Shown here in pieces: positions 12,341 to 25,054 of a stretch of 64,000 nt of DNA. Origin of the DNA: Octopus bimaculoides (taxonomy: Eukaryota); the NCBI RefSeq assembly GCF_001194135.2, contig NC_068998.1, positions 46,865,925 to 46,929,924 of the forward strand, given 5' to 3'. The notes under the pieces are model-generated. The model searched no databases and was not told the DNA's origin. It worked only from the letters and a program-made list of their open reading frames with translations. A program made the translations under genes and the position numbers. Every line of letters begins with the position of its first letter. Positions within the stretch are counted from its first letter, which is position 1.

Positions 12341-12558
12341 GTGTGTGTGTGTGTCTGTGCTTGTCCGCCCAACATCGCTTGACAACCGGATGCTGGTGTG
12401 TTTACGTCCCCGTATGCTAGTGGTTCGGCAAAAGAGACCGATAGAATAAGTACTAGGCTTACAAAGAATAAGTCATGGGGTTGATTTGTTCGACTAAAGG
12501 CGGTGATCCAGCATGGCCACAGTCAAATGGCTGAAACAAATAAAAGAATAAAAGAATA
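12160..12558 (+). mobile_element. SINE family B, well preserved, internal (TG)n
   Basis: GGGTTCAGTCCCACTACGTGGCACC...GGATTTGGTAGACGGAAACTGAAAGAAGCCCGTCG-(TG)n-CATCGCTTGACAACC...GGTTCGGCAAAAGAGACCGATAGAATAAG...GCTGAAACAAATAAAAGAATAAAAGAATA. Confidence 0.92.
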
Positions 12559-12578
12559 TATATGTTAATATATACACG

Positions 12579-12818
12579 AGGGCGCATAACCTAGTGGTAA
12601 GGCTATTGCACTCACGATCGCTAGACCGTGGTTTCAAATCCTAAACACTTCATCTCACGTTGCTCTGCCATCATTTCAACACCTGATGCGTGGTACACCA
12701 TGCACCTGTCTGTTCAAGCAGCATCGATTTGATGGAGGGAGGGAGCTGACGTAGAGTGCATGCGTTTGATCACTATAGACAAATCATTTGTGCAAGCCGT
12801 TCGGCAAAAGCTGAACAC
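12579..12818 (+). mobile_element. tRNA-derived SINE family D variant
   Basis: GGCGCATAACCTAGTGGTAAGG..GTGGTTTCAAATCC head; its 3' part aligns to 59225-59340. Confidence 0.75.
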
Positions 12819-12919
12819 TTATATGTCATATGCATAAATATATGTGTGTGTGTGTGTGTGTGTATGTGTGTACGTGAGTGTTTGTGTGTGGAGGGAGAGA
12901 GAGATAGAGAGAGAAAGAA

Positions 12920-12968
<49 letters not shown>

Positions 12969-13778
12969 GACAGAGACAGAGAAAGGTTTACTCATATATA
13001 CAAATATATATTTATCGCTTTTACATGAAGTATTAAGTACTTCATTTAGTATGCGAAATTTTCCCTACGTGCTGAGATGACTTTCACTTCCTTCCGGTAT
13101 ATATCGTATTTTTAAACAGAGCACCTCCATAAGAGATGTTTATCTTTGGGCGCAGTAACTATTTATAATATGTATGTTACATGGAAGGCTGCGTGTGTGT
13201 GCGTGTGTGCGCGTTTGTGTGTGCACATAAAACATACACATTTAGAATAGAATTGATTTTCGATCGTTTTAATCGATTTGAATATTTTTCATTTTCTATT
13301 TGAAAATTTGGTTATGAAACACGCGTAGTCGTTTTATTATCATTATCTTATGATATTTACTTTGTATTATACTATACATATTTATCGTGCATTTACTTAT
13401 TAATTTTTCTATATGTGACTGTTCATGAAGTTTGGTTCTTTTCCCTAAAACTATATATATATGTCTGCACGGATAATCTATTTTTATCTATTTTTATCAA
13501 ACATCCTTGACCATATTTTCGGATGAACTTTCTGATGATTTGTTTCTGAGAGGAGAATGTCTAAATCAATCATGAAATGTTTCTAGAGCTCAGGAGAATA
13601 CGAAAAAAATAGTAAAGGAAACAACATAAGAGCAGAACATTTGTGTTTTTAAACACATATCTCAAAGATAACCTGTGCCTCAACACACAAACACAGATAA
13701 ATATATAGATGTATGTGAATTTGTTAGTGTTTGTGTGTATGTGTGTGTGCGTGTAGGAGTGTATATTTGTGTCTTATG

Positions 13779-13820
<42 letters not shown>

Positions 13821-14299
13821 TGAGTGAGCGTGTGTGAGTGTGTTTGTGAGTATATGTGTGTGTGTATACGCCAGCCTAATGCATCTACATCACCTGCTGT
13901 TCTACGTCAGCCATGATGTGTTGCTGCTCGTTTGTAAACATCGAGGAAATCTTTAAACAAAGACAAGGCATCTATGTACACAGACAGACACAAGCACATA
14001 CACACGCACATGCACACACACACGCACATGCTCACGCAAACACATATACACATACACAGACGTGTATGTGTGTATATATTTGTNNNNNNNNNNNNNNNNN
14101 NNNNNNNNNNNNNNNNNNNNNNNNNNNNNNNNNNNNNNNNNNNNNNNNNNNNNNNNNNNNNNNNNNNNNNNNNNNNNNNNNNNNNNNNNNNNNNNNNNNN
14201 NNNNNNNNNNNNNNNNNNNNNNNNNNNNNNNNNNNNNNNNNNNNNNNNNNNNNNNNNNNNNNNNNNNNNNNNNNNNNNNNNNNNNNNNNNNNNNNNNNN

Positions 14300-14338
<39 letters not shown>

Positions 14339-14850
14339 TACATGTGTTTGTGTTTATATGCACATACAGAAAGCACACACATACATACAGAATCACACAC
14401 ATGTCTGTGTATCTTATATATTTGCATATACATATACATACATATATACATATATAAACACATTCATACACATGTATATATATATATATATATATATATA
14501 ACCTGTTTAAGAGATATTATTAGCATTTGTTTCAAAATCACTTAAAAGGCGAATATTCACAAGGAATTGTTTTCGGAACCCCCAGTTTAAGTCACCCAGT
14601 TTAATAGATTCTCATTTGCACCAATAATTACTGTACCAGTTGCTTATATTAGCAAATGCCAATGTGTCGTCTGAAAAATCTGAGGGGGTGGGGGCTTAGA
14701 CCAAAAAGAGACCAACGAACAATGGGATCTTTACAAAATACTGGAAGTCCAATAGTAAAAGTATACAGGACCTGTTTCTAAAGTTCAACTTGAAACAGAT
14801 TGCTTCTGTTATCGAAATTCCGGCTTTCGAGCTTCTGTTTCTTTTGTTAG

Positions 14851-14916
14851 AAACCAGTTTGTTGTCTTTTTTTCGGGGAAGAATTCGAATAACATTAAAG
14901 AGATAACTATTCATTT
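14851..14916 (+). CDS. Candidate exon, 66 nt, phase 2-2 (NQFVVFFSGKNSNNIKEITIH)
   Basis: Acceptor cttctgtttcttttgttag|, donor TTT|GTAAGC, only one frame open. Not phase-compatible with the 11770 candidate. Confidence 0.2.
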
Positions 14917-16197
14917 GTAAGCAGTATACACGATGTACATAAACAAGGATATCTACGTAAAAATACACACACACACACGTACACTTACACACACGCGTAC
15001 ATACACACACACGTACACACACACACACACGCGTACACACACACACGTACACGTATACAGTTGCTAACTGTATCTGTAAAATAGATAGATAGATAGATAC
15101 TTTTGTTTGGTATGTAAATACATACATGTACACACACGCATATACAGAGAGAAACACAGATAGAAAGACATATATATATATATATATATATATATANNNN
15201 NNNNNNNNNNNNNNNNNNNNNNNNNNNNNNNNNNNNNNNNNNNNNNNNNNNNNNNNNNNNNNNNNNNNNNNNNNNNNNNNNNNNNNNNNNNNNNNNNNNN
15301 NNNNNNNNNNNNNNNNNNNNNNNNNNNNNNNNNNNNNNNNNNNNNNNNNNNNNNNNNNNNNNNNNNNNNNNNNNNNNNNNNNNNNNNNNNNNNNNNNNNN
15401 NNNNNNNNNNNNNNNNNNNNNNNNNNNNNNNNNNNNNNNNNNNNNNNNNNNNNNNNNNNNNNNNNNNNNNNNNNNNNNNNNNNNNNNNNNNNNNNNNNNN
15501 NNNNNNNNNNNNNNNNNNNNNNNNNNNNNNNNNNNNNNNNNNNNNNNNNNNNNNNNNNNNNNNNNNNNNNNNNNNNNNNNNNNNNNNNNNNNNNNNNNNN
15601 NNNNNNNNNNNNNNNNNNNNNNNNNNNNNNNNNNNNNNNNNNNNNNNNNNNNNNNNNNNNNNNNNNNNNNNNNNNNNNNNNNNNNNNNNNNNNNNNNNNN
15701 NNNNNNNNNNNNNNNNNNNNNNNNNNNNNNNNNNNNNNNNNNNNNNNNNNNNNNNNNNNNNNNNNNNNNNNNNNNNNNNNNNNNNNNNNNNNNNNNNNNN
15801 NNNNNNNNNNNNNNNNNNNNNNNNNNNNNNNNNNNNNNNNNATATATATATACTTTATATATATTCCCACATGTACGACATGTAGTACGTATTATCACCT
15901 ATGTACGTACGTCCATGTGTATGAAGAAATAGATAAATATATGTTTATGTATGTGTAACTATGTATTTATCAGACGCGTACCGCAATGTGTAGCAGCGTC
16001 TTCCAAAATAAAAGCTAAACTATAAGTACTGATAACTAATTATTAAAACTCGATAATTTCCAATTATAAAAGCATGCTAATTTAACGTAATTGGTTATTT
16101 AATTTTGTAAATGGTTGATATTTTAATGTTGAAGAAGTCCAATACTCGCTGACCTTCAGTTCAAGATATTCATTATATAATAGCGTAATAACAATGA

Positions 16198-16410
16198 TTC
16201 TTTCTACTATAGGCATAAAGCATAATAACATTGGGAGAGTGGGTATGCTTAGTTCAGTACATCGACTCCAGGGCCAAACTGGTGCATGTGTTAACGATCC
16301 AGAAAGGACGGAAGGCGAAGTTGATATAGGCGGAATTTGTATTCAGAACGTAAAGACAAAAGAAATGCTGCCAAGCATTCCTCCGTTGCTGTAAGAATTC
16401 TGCCAGCTGG
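16198..16410 (-). mobile_element. SINE family A, old copy inside the inverted-repeat structure
   Basis: TTTCTACTATAGGCA...CATCGACTCCAG...GAAAGGACGGAAGGCGAAGTTGA..GGCGGAATTTG..TCAGAACGTAAA..ATTCTGCCAGCT. Confidence 0.75.
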
Positions 16411-16432
16411 ACTTTATAATGGTTTCTAATAT

Positions 16433-16716
16433 GGTTGACTTAAACTGGGTGACTTAAACTGGGTGACTTAAACTGGGTGACTTAAACTGGGTGACTTAAA
16501 CTGGGTGACTTAAACTGGGTGACTTAAACTGGGTGACTTAAACTGGTTGACTTAAACTGGGTGACTTAAACTGGTTGACTTAAAGTGGTTGACTTAAACT
16601 GGGTGACTTAAACTGGTTGACTTAAACTGGGTGACTTAAACTGGGTGACTTAAACTGGTTGACTTAAACTGGGTGACTTAAACTGGGTGACTTAAACTGG
16701 GTGACTTAAACTGGGG
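16433..16716 (+). repeat. 14 bp minisatellite (GACTTAAACTGGGT) x about 20
   Basis: Twenty consecutive units from 16437. G/T variant at unit position 13 in units 8, 10, 11, 13 and 16; unit 11 also has one C-to-G change. Confidence 0.97.
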
Positions 16717-17213
16717 GTTCCGAAAACAATTCCTTGTGAATATTCGCCTTTTAAGTGATTTTGAAACAAATGCTAATAATATCTCTTAAACAGGTTATAT
16801 ATATATAAAAACAAAAGTAAATGAGTATATGCATATATACGTACAGGTATGTGCATACCGACATCCACCTGTATGTATAGGTGCATATCTGGGTACAGGA
16901 CATTGCAAACAAACGTAGACGAGAACACACGAGCCACATAGAGAACATTCTACTTCATCAGCTACCCACGTTTTAACACCGGCGNNNNNNNNNNNNNNNN
17001 NNNNNNNNNNNNNNNNNNNNNNNNNNNNNNNNNNNNNNNNNNNNNNNNNNNNNNNNNNNNNNNNNNNNNNNNNNNNNNNNNNNNNNNNNNNNNNNNNNNN
17101 NNNNNNNNNNNNNNNNNNNNNNNNNNNNNNNNNNNNNNNGCAACGTTAAAACGGCTCGTCCCATGGATCGCAGATTAAATCTGTATACGCAAATTAAATC
17201 TAGCCATGGAGGA

Positions 17214-17245
<32 letters not shown>

Positions 17246-17282
17246 GTGTGTGTGTATTTTTACGTAGATATCCTTGTTTATG

Positions 17283-17540
17283 TGCGTGACATCTCACATC
17301 AAGATAAACAGCGCATGACCTTGAAGGTGGGACCCAATTAGAATTTTCTTCGGGTCGCGTAGCGCATCCCGCTCAAAAGGTCCCTGAATAAAGGTTGTTT
17401 AAGGATGATGAACAAAACACCCATGTTTCCAAAGGTGAATTATCCAAACCCCAAAGAATTCCTCTCAACACATGACTGCGATGCTCCTCAACCACTTCTG
17501 CTCATGATCAGAGATGCACACATCATAAGACACTAAGGGA
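17283..17540 (-). mobile_element. Retroposon family E, internal fragment lacking its 3' end
   Basis: Aligns to 2870-3135. Confidence 0.85.
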
Positions 17541-17943
17541 TCCGTGTCGCGTAGGCCGCCTCGCGTTCCCCAATCACAGATGGTTCAGTTATGCTGTGAA
17601 GAACGAATGTTAAAACTCGGAAGTATTTGGTCGAGTGAGATACAATTTCTGTTAAAATTTCTTATTCAATATGACATATATAATTTATACAACGTACCTG
17701 GCACTCAATATAAATACCACGTACATCATTCACTATATAAATATATGATATAATAATGACACCATGCCAGATTAATAGTGGTCCATTTCTGAGGTGAAGA
17801 GAAATGCGTTTACGTGTCTGCACGCGCGCACATATGTATTTGTGGCATTCATAGTTATTTCGAAACTCACGTAGTATAATTTATTATTATTACGCATCAT
17901 TAACATACATCATGTACATATACACATAAACCATACACATAAA

Positions 17944-18020
<77 letters not shown>

Positions 18021-18490
18021 NNNNNNNNNNNNNNNNNNNNNNNNNNNNNNNNNNNNNNNNNNNNNNNNNNNNNNNNNNNNNNNNNNNNNNNNNNNNNNNN
18101 NNNNNNNNNNNNNNNNNNNNNNNNNNNNNNNNNNNNNNNNNNNNNNNNNNNNNNNNNNNNNNNNNNNNNNNNNNNNNNNNNNNNNNNNNNNNNNNNNNNN
18201 NNNNNNNNNNNNNNNNNNNNNNNNNNNNNNNNNNNNNNNNNNNNNNNNNNNNNNNNNNNNNNNNNNNNNNNNNNNNNNNNNNNNNNNNNNNNNNNNNNNN
18301 NNNNNNNNNNNNNNNNNNNNNNNNNNNNNNNNNNNNNNNNNNNNNNNNNNNNNNNNNNNNNNNNNNNNNNNNNNNNNNNNNNNNNNNNNNNNNNNNNNNN
18401 NNNNNNNNNNNNNNNNNNNNNNNNNNNNNNNNNNNNNNNNNNNNNNNNNNNNNNNNNNNNNNNNNNNNNNNNNNNNNNNNNNNNNNNNNN

Positions 18491-18549
<59 letters not shown>

Positions 18550-18599
18550 TAGATAGATAGATAGATAATATATATGCACAAGCACACACATATACACGT

Positions 18600-18630
<31 letters not shown>

Positions 18631-18954
18631 TACAAACACATACATCTATATGTATACGTATGTGTATGTGTGCGTGTGTGTTGGTTTGGGTATCCCTACG
18701 TAGATGTTTCAACAAGCACAAGCTCACATGCGTATACCCTCACACGTTGTAACTTCGTAACTTATTATACACACATCTATACACTTATCTACACATTCCA
18801 CATCATGCATTCATGCCATTCCGGCATTTGAAATCCATGAATAAACTACACGCATACCACCCGCATACTTCATTTGTTTCATTCTTTTCAATGAATATGT
18901 TAAAATCTATTTGAAACAACGTCTTACATCTGCCATTATCGTCTGCCCCCAAAG

Positions 18955-18995
18955 CAGACGACTGCTCAATAAATTGTGCTCTGTACACAGTGCAG
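18955..18995 (+). CDS. Candidate exon, 41 nt, phase 1-0 (DDCSINCALYTVQ)
   Basis: NAGNAG acceptor cccccaaag|cag, donor CAG|GTAAAT; encodes CxxNC. Confidence 0.22.
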
Positions 18996-19402
18996 GTAAA
19001 TTATTTTACTCCCATATGAATATTTCATGAAAAAGTTTCTCGAATTCGGTCGAGAAGAAATTCCAGACAGTTGTAATATAAATAACAATTAAAGAGCAAT
19101 TGCATTGATTAATTTAATTACGTATGTATGTATGTATGTATGTATGTATGTATGTATGTATGTATGTATGTATGTATTTTTGTATATATATAGTAACGTT
19201 GTCTGTACAGGTGCAGGATGCGTCACACGTCAAATGTCGAAGGGATTGCAGAGCAATAAGAAAGGAAGTCTTTCGCGTAAAAACAACCCACCGCCGGGTC
19301 CGGAAACCTAAACCATGATCTTGAGTGTAACATCCTGATCACTAGGTTACGTGCCTTCATAATCTTCATACTGATAAAGGATTATTAATATGTAAGAGTG
19401 TT

Positions 19403-19607
19403 AAGGCGGCGAGCTAGCAGAATCGTTGGCACGCCGGTAAAATGTTCAGCGGCATTTTATCCATTTTTACGTCCTGAGTTCAATTTCCGTTGTGGTCGGC
19501 TTTTCCTTTCTGCGTTAATAAATTAAATACCAATGGAGCACTGAGGTTAATGTAAACGGCTTAGCACCTACCCTGAAATTGCTGGCCTTGTGCTCAAACT
19601 TAAAACC
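19403..19607 (+). mobile_element. SINE family A, full length
   Basis: AAGGCGGCGAGCTAGCAGAATCGTTGGCACGCCGG...GAGTTCAATTTCC...GGCCTTGTGCTCAAA. Confidence 0.9.
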
Positions 19608-19946
19608 AGTATATGTACAAGTGTGTTATTTACCACAATAAATACCTATTTAAGTTTTCAACTGCGGTTGGAAATATATGAACAATACTATTTTAACTAG
19701 GTGTAACCGAACGAGGTCAGACCTCAATTCTTTGCTCAATTACAGAATCCACAATCGCAATCTGTTGCAAAATTTATTTCTGATCTTCGATATCAAAGAG
19801 AAACTTCCAAGAGTTTCTCTTCTCCCAAATGACTTCAACGCTAACAGCAAACATGATATCGTCATTACGTCACAGTTTGTTTATCTATTTATCTGTCGCC
19901 TTAAATATTTGCCTCCATTTTAAATATATTTTTATGTTTATTTTCA

Positions 19947-19986
<40 letters not shown>

Positions 19987-20261
19987 TCACGCACACACGC
20001 ACACATGAATAGACACTGTAATGTGGATTTTGTATATTTGTTTTCTGTATTTGATTTATGCATTTGTTTTATGTGTTTGTTATATATTCAGTCATGTGTT
20101 TTTTAAGTATGTTTGCATTTTGTTCTATTTTTTTATTGATTTTTTTTCTCATGTATTTGCTGATGTCTTCTCGACTTATTTCTCTTCGAAAAAAATTTCT
20201 CTTTCTCTCACCCTTTCCCACCCTCTCTCATTCTCTGTCGTTTTCACCCCTCTATTTACTA

Positions 20262-20298
<37 letters not shown>

Positions 20299-20364
20299 TC
20301 CCTTATCTGTCTTCTTATCTATCTATATATGTTTGTGTGTGTATGTTGTATATGTGTATGCTCA

Positions 20365-20426
<62 letters not shown>

Positions 20427-20745
20427 CACATACATATATGTACATATGCATGTGTAGGATGTAAATATATATCTGTGCACATATATGTATGCATTTGTGT
20501 CTATGTATGTATATATGTATGTATGTATGCATGTGTCATTCATTCTCTTTATTTCTTACACACGCAATCTCACTCTTTTGATTTCCTCCTCCACCCCACC
20601 TCCCTCTCTATCTCTGATTCTCTCTTTATCGATCTACCGATTTCCTATCTTCTCTTTTCTCTTCACCTGTCTCCATTTCCCTCTGTGTCACTTTTTTCTC
20701 TTTCTCCATCAGGTTCTGTGTCAGACTTTCTCACAACACACTCTA

Positions 20746-20785
<40 letters not shown>

Positions 20786-20883
20786 ATTCGTACAAACACT
20801 CACACACGCTTACACACTTTCATACACAGCAAGGTACATAGACAGACACTCCGACAATAGCTCCATTTCTTTATCCCCATTAG

Positions 20884-20962
20884 ACTTCATATTCAATGTA
20901 TTTCAAGTCAACATATGTTGCAATAAACGTGGGAGATGGGGGCTGGTTTATTGTTTATATTC
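20884..20962 (+). CDS. Candidate exon, 79 nt (TSYSMYFKSTYVAINVGDGGWFIVYI if phase 0-1)
   Basis: Acceptor catttctttatccccattag|, donor TTC|GTAAGC; two frames open. Confidence 0.25.
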
Positions 20963-21224
20963 GTAAGCCAAGGGGATTAAGGATGGATGATCTGTGATTT
21001 AAGTATTAGCAGACACGATCAACGGAGGAAGAGCGGAAGTTAATTCTATAACTCGAAATATCTCTTGGAAATGTGAGCGACTTCATGTAAAGCTGGTTAA
21101 AAGACTTCCCTCTTGAGTATTTAAACGAAAAGCTCACACGTATTCTTAATATATATCCTTCACCCTTATACGGATGTGTGTCTGTATATTATATATATAT
21201 ATATGTAGATAGACAGATAGATAA

Positions 21225-21269
<45 letters not shown>

Positions 21270-21630
21270 CAGAGACAGACAGACAGACAGACAGATAGAT
21301 AGACAGATAGATAGATATGCAGTATGAGCTAAGGGTCACGCACAAAATAAGTTCAACCCTCCCTGGAATTGTCAAAGACATGCCTAAATTTTTCTAAAAT
21401 AAATAAAATAATGGTATTCACGTACTTGTGCATGATAAACAAAATGAATAAGGCTAGCAATTTCGGTGGGAGCAAAATTCTGTAGTAAATTCTCCAAGAA
21501 ACTTTGCTTCTTTTTTTTAATTTATTAACGTAGGAATAAAAAAAAAAATCAGTACTATGACTTAAAATGAAATCGCTGCACGTAGCTATTGATACCGTGT
21601 CGGCGTCATGTCTATTCAATAAATAAAATC

Positions 21631-21951
21631 TATTGTTGTTGGCACTCCGTCGCTTACGACGTCGAGGGTTCCAGTTGGTCCGATCAACGGAACAGCCTGC
21701 TCGTGAAATTAACGTGCGAGTGGCTGAGCACTCCACAGACATGTGTACCCTTAACGTAGTTCTCGGGGATATTCAACGTGACACAGTGTGACAAGGCTGA
21801 CCCTTTGAATTACAGGCGCAACAGAAACAGGAAGAAAGAGTGAGAGAAAGTTGTGGTGGAAGAGCACAGCAGGGTTCGCCACCATCCCCTGCCGGAGCCT
21901 CATGGGGCTTTAGGTGCTTTTGCTCAATAAACACTCACAACGCCTGGTCTG
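21631..21951 (-). mobile_element. SINE family C, young, head lost in the N-gap
   Basis: TTGTTGTTGGCACTCCGTCGCTTACGACGTCGAGGGTTCCAG... is the near-exact reverse complement of 39753-39881. Confidence 0.9.
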
Positions 21952-22649
21952 NNNNNNNNNNNNNNNNNNNNNNNNNNNNNNNNNNNNNNNNNNNNNNNNN
22001 NNNNNNNNNNNNNNNNNNNNNNNNNNNNNNNNNNNNNNNNNNNNNNNNNNNNNNNNNNNNNNNNNNNNNNNNNNNNNNNNNNNNNNNNNNNNNNNNNNNN
22101 NNNNNNNNNNNNNNNNNNNNNNNNNNNNNNNNNNNNNNNNNNNNNNNNNNNNNNNNNNNNNNNNNNNNNNNNNNNNNNNNNNNNNNNNNNNNNNNNNNNN
22201 NNNNNNNNNNNNNNNNNNNNNNNNNNNNNNNNNNNNNNNNNNNNNNNNNNNNNNNNNNNNNNNNNNNNNNNNNNNNNNNNNNNNNNNNNNNNNNNNNNNN
22301 NNNNNNNNNNNNNNNNNNNNNNNNNNNNNNNNNNNNNNNNNNNNNNNNNNNNNNNNNNNNNNNNNNNNNNNNNNNNNNNNNNNNNNNNNNNNNNNNNNNN
22401 NNNNNNNNNNNNNNNNNNNNNNNNNNNNNNNNNNNNNNNNNNGTCATTTTACAATATACTTTCATCTCGAGTTAATTACTGAAAGGTGATAACTTATCTT
22501 TGTTGGCAACTTTACAGTTTGATGCGAAACCATTCCAAGGTATTCAGTATTGTTCCAGTTTACATGTGTATGGGAATATTGTGTACATATGTGCGTGTTC
22601 GTGAGTCTGAGTTCGTGTGTAGATGAGTTTATGCGTTTAGGCTAGCATT

Positions 22650-22720
<71 letters not shown>

Positions 22721-22731
22721 GTATGTATATA

Positions 22732-22940
22732 TTTGTGCCTCTTTGTGTCTATATTTGTCCTCGCCCCACATCACCGTTTGAGAAACCGTAACTTAGCGGT
22801 CCGGCAAAAGAGACCGGTAGAATAAATACTAAGCTTAAAAATAAGCTCTGGGATAGATTTCTTTGATAAAAAGACCATTCAAGGAGGTGCTCCACCTGGG
22901 CCACAGTTAGAACATTGAAACAAGTAAAAGATAAAAGATA
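22732..22940 (+). mobile_element. SINE family B, 3' half
   Basis: CGTAACTTAGCGGTCCGGCAAAAGAGACCGGTAGAATAA...GAAACAAGTAAAAGATAAAAGATA. Confidence 0.85.
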
Positions 22941-23261
22941 AAAAAATGTACATATGCATTTAGCGTCTATACATCTTCCTGCTCTCAAAGAGAAATTTCT
23001 CAATTTGTGGCATCTGCAGAAATACTCGTCCAAAGCCGACTGCACAAAGATTAAACACCGTTCATGAGAAACTAACTTCCTAGCCACATGAGTATATTTT
23101 TGAGTATACGTGCGTACAGCCGTACATACATACATACATACATACATGTATGTATGCATGCATGCATGCATACATACATACATACATACATACATACATA
23201 CATACATTCATACATACATACATACATACATANNNNNNNNNNACATACATACATACATTCA

Positions 23262-23295
<34 letters not shown>

Positions 23296-23501
23296 CATCC
23301 ATTAGGCTTCTCAAAACCAGAAAGGAGAAAGCTAATTCGAAAACTACAGATCCAATCCATCACTGGAACTGTAAAAAATCTGTAAAACTTACCAGAAATT
23401 TATCATTTAAATATATATGAGCATGTCTATATGTGCAAGTATATGCATGAGAATACATACATACATACATACATACATACATACATACATACATACATAC
23501 A

Positions 23502-23620
23502 TTCCCTGTTGTTGATGTTGAAATTCCAATGAAGGAACCTTGGATCTAGGTTAGAAACCAATTTTTTTCTCTATTGGCAAGAAATCTTGAAATATAACTG
23601 AACAATGACATACATACATA
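23502..23620 (+). mobile_element. Short retroposon-like 3' end with (ACAT)n tail, embedded in (CATA)n
   Basis: 106 bp of complex sequence flanked on both sides by (CATA)n. Single copy in this window; family assignment is from recall. Confidence 0.5.
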
Positions 23621-23761
23621 TTCAAAAATATTTACATATGATTGTTCCATGAACGTCTTTATTCGTAAATCTGTGATTCAGAGATATACGTTGCCGTTTA
23701 TTCAAACGTTTGAAGAATCAAATAGTTTATAAGGAAACCTATTCTAAAACAAGAGGGCACT

Positions 23762-23858
23762 TTGCCTTATGGCTAGGATGTTGCACCTACGAACACAAGA
23801 TCGTGGTTTCAATTCCTTAATCGAGTGGTGCGTTATGTTCTTAAGCAAGACACTTCAT
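23762..23858 (+). mobile_element. SINE family D head
   Basis: GGCTAGGATGTTGCAC..GATCGTGGTTTCAATTCC..GTGCGTTATGTTCTTAAGCAAGACACTTCAT. Confidence 0.75.
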
Positions 23859-24070
23859 CTGACAACACCGGTTGTCAAGCGAGGTGAGGGTCAAACACAA
23901 ACACAATGGTGTGCACACAGACATATATACATACATATATATGACAGGCTTCTTTCAGTTTCCACCGGCCAAATTCACTCACAAGGTTTTGGTCAGCCCG
24001 AGATTATAGAAGACACTTACTGAACCCGGAGATATGTGGTTGGGAAGTAATCTTTACAACACAACGACGG
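23858..24070 (-). mobile_element. SINE family B, 5' half
   Basis: CGGTTGTCAAGCGA...ACAGGCTTCTTTCAGTTTCC...CAAATTCACTCACAAGG...GAAGACACTT..CTGAACCCGG. Confidence 0.8.
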
Positions 24071-24871
24071 CTAATAGCGGTTAATAGCAAGTCAAGTATC
24101 AACAAGAATTCACCAATTCGATTCTTTTATCTAGAATTGCAAAGGACTAATAGAATAGCGCTTTCCTGAGAGGGAAAGAGGGAGAGACAGAGAGGAGAGA
24201 TAAGGGACAGAGAGGAGGAATAAAAGGGAGAGAGAGAGTTCATCACGTGTTGAAACATTAATGCTGAGTGTTGCATGTTCTGTAATGAGCTAATAGATTT
24301 ATAATTTGTTAATAAAATAATCTTTTAAATGCCAGATATATCTGGACAGAGAGGCGGCAAGAGGGTTTTTCTGAATGTTTGAATGTATACCTATGTTGCA
24401 AGAGTCTTTTTTAAAAAGGATTTTCAGTTAACCCTATATATATATTTATATATTTTTTGTGCTAATGTTACTTGAAAGGAAAACTCTTTAGTTCCATAAT
24501 GTAAATATTTAGAAAGACATATCATTGAGAGAGAAGATATTCAGATTGTTATAATTACACAGAAATAAAGTGTTCAGCGTGTTCTTACTGGAACCATTTC
24601 TTCTGTTTATACCGACAACAGAAACAGCAAAGCCTTTTAGTGCAAGTGTACCTGTTCAGAGATGGAATTACAAAAACTAAAAATGGCATTGCAACCATAG
24701 CGAATAGGAGTATGAATATGTGACTTCATTGGCCGCTATGGTGGGATATATATCTTTATATATCTTTTCTTTTTCCGTTCAGATCCAGTGCACTTTGATA
24801 TTGTGTAGAAGATTTATGCTCCATATTCCCTACCAATATATTTTAATTTCAGTTGATGTTGGGTATGTTCA

Positions 24872-24901
24872 CGATTATTATTATTATCATTATTATTATT
24901 A

Positions 24902-24987
<86 letters not shown>

Positions 24988-24990
24988 TAC

Positions 24991-25054
<64 letters not shown>
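24872..25054. repeat. (ATT)n microsatellite running into a gap
   Basis: About 60 near-perfect triplets. Confidence 0.95.

Larger units (their letters stand above)
14501..16795. mobile_element. TA-flanked inverted-repeat (foldback or MITE-like) structure, termini ACCTG...CAGGT
   Basis: 14501-14604 is the exact reverse complement of 16692-16795 (104/104). Both outer ends abut (TA)n. Confidence 0.7.

Noticed and set aside
16433-16716. 14-mer array (and the 20-mer array at 38131) as a CRISPR array
   Set aside because: Units are directly adjacent with no unique spacers, there are no cas genes, and the context is eukaryotic.
19678-19923. 81 aa ORF with an acceptor at 19745
   Set aside because: No usable donor and no recognisable homology in any frame.
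24783-24862. Exon candidate with strong acceptor and GG|GTATGT donor
   Set aside because: The only open frame (phase 0-2) does not fit the proposed chain and the peptide is unrecognisable; it shows that chance splice pairs are common here.
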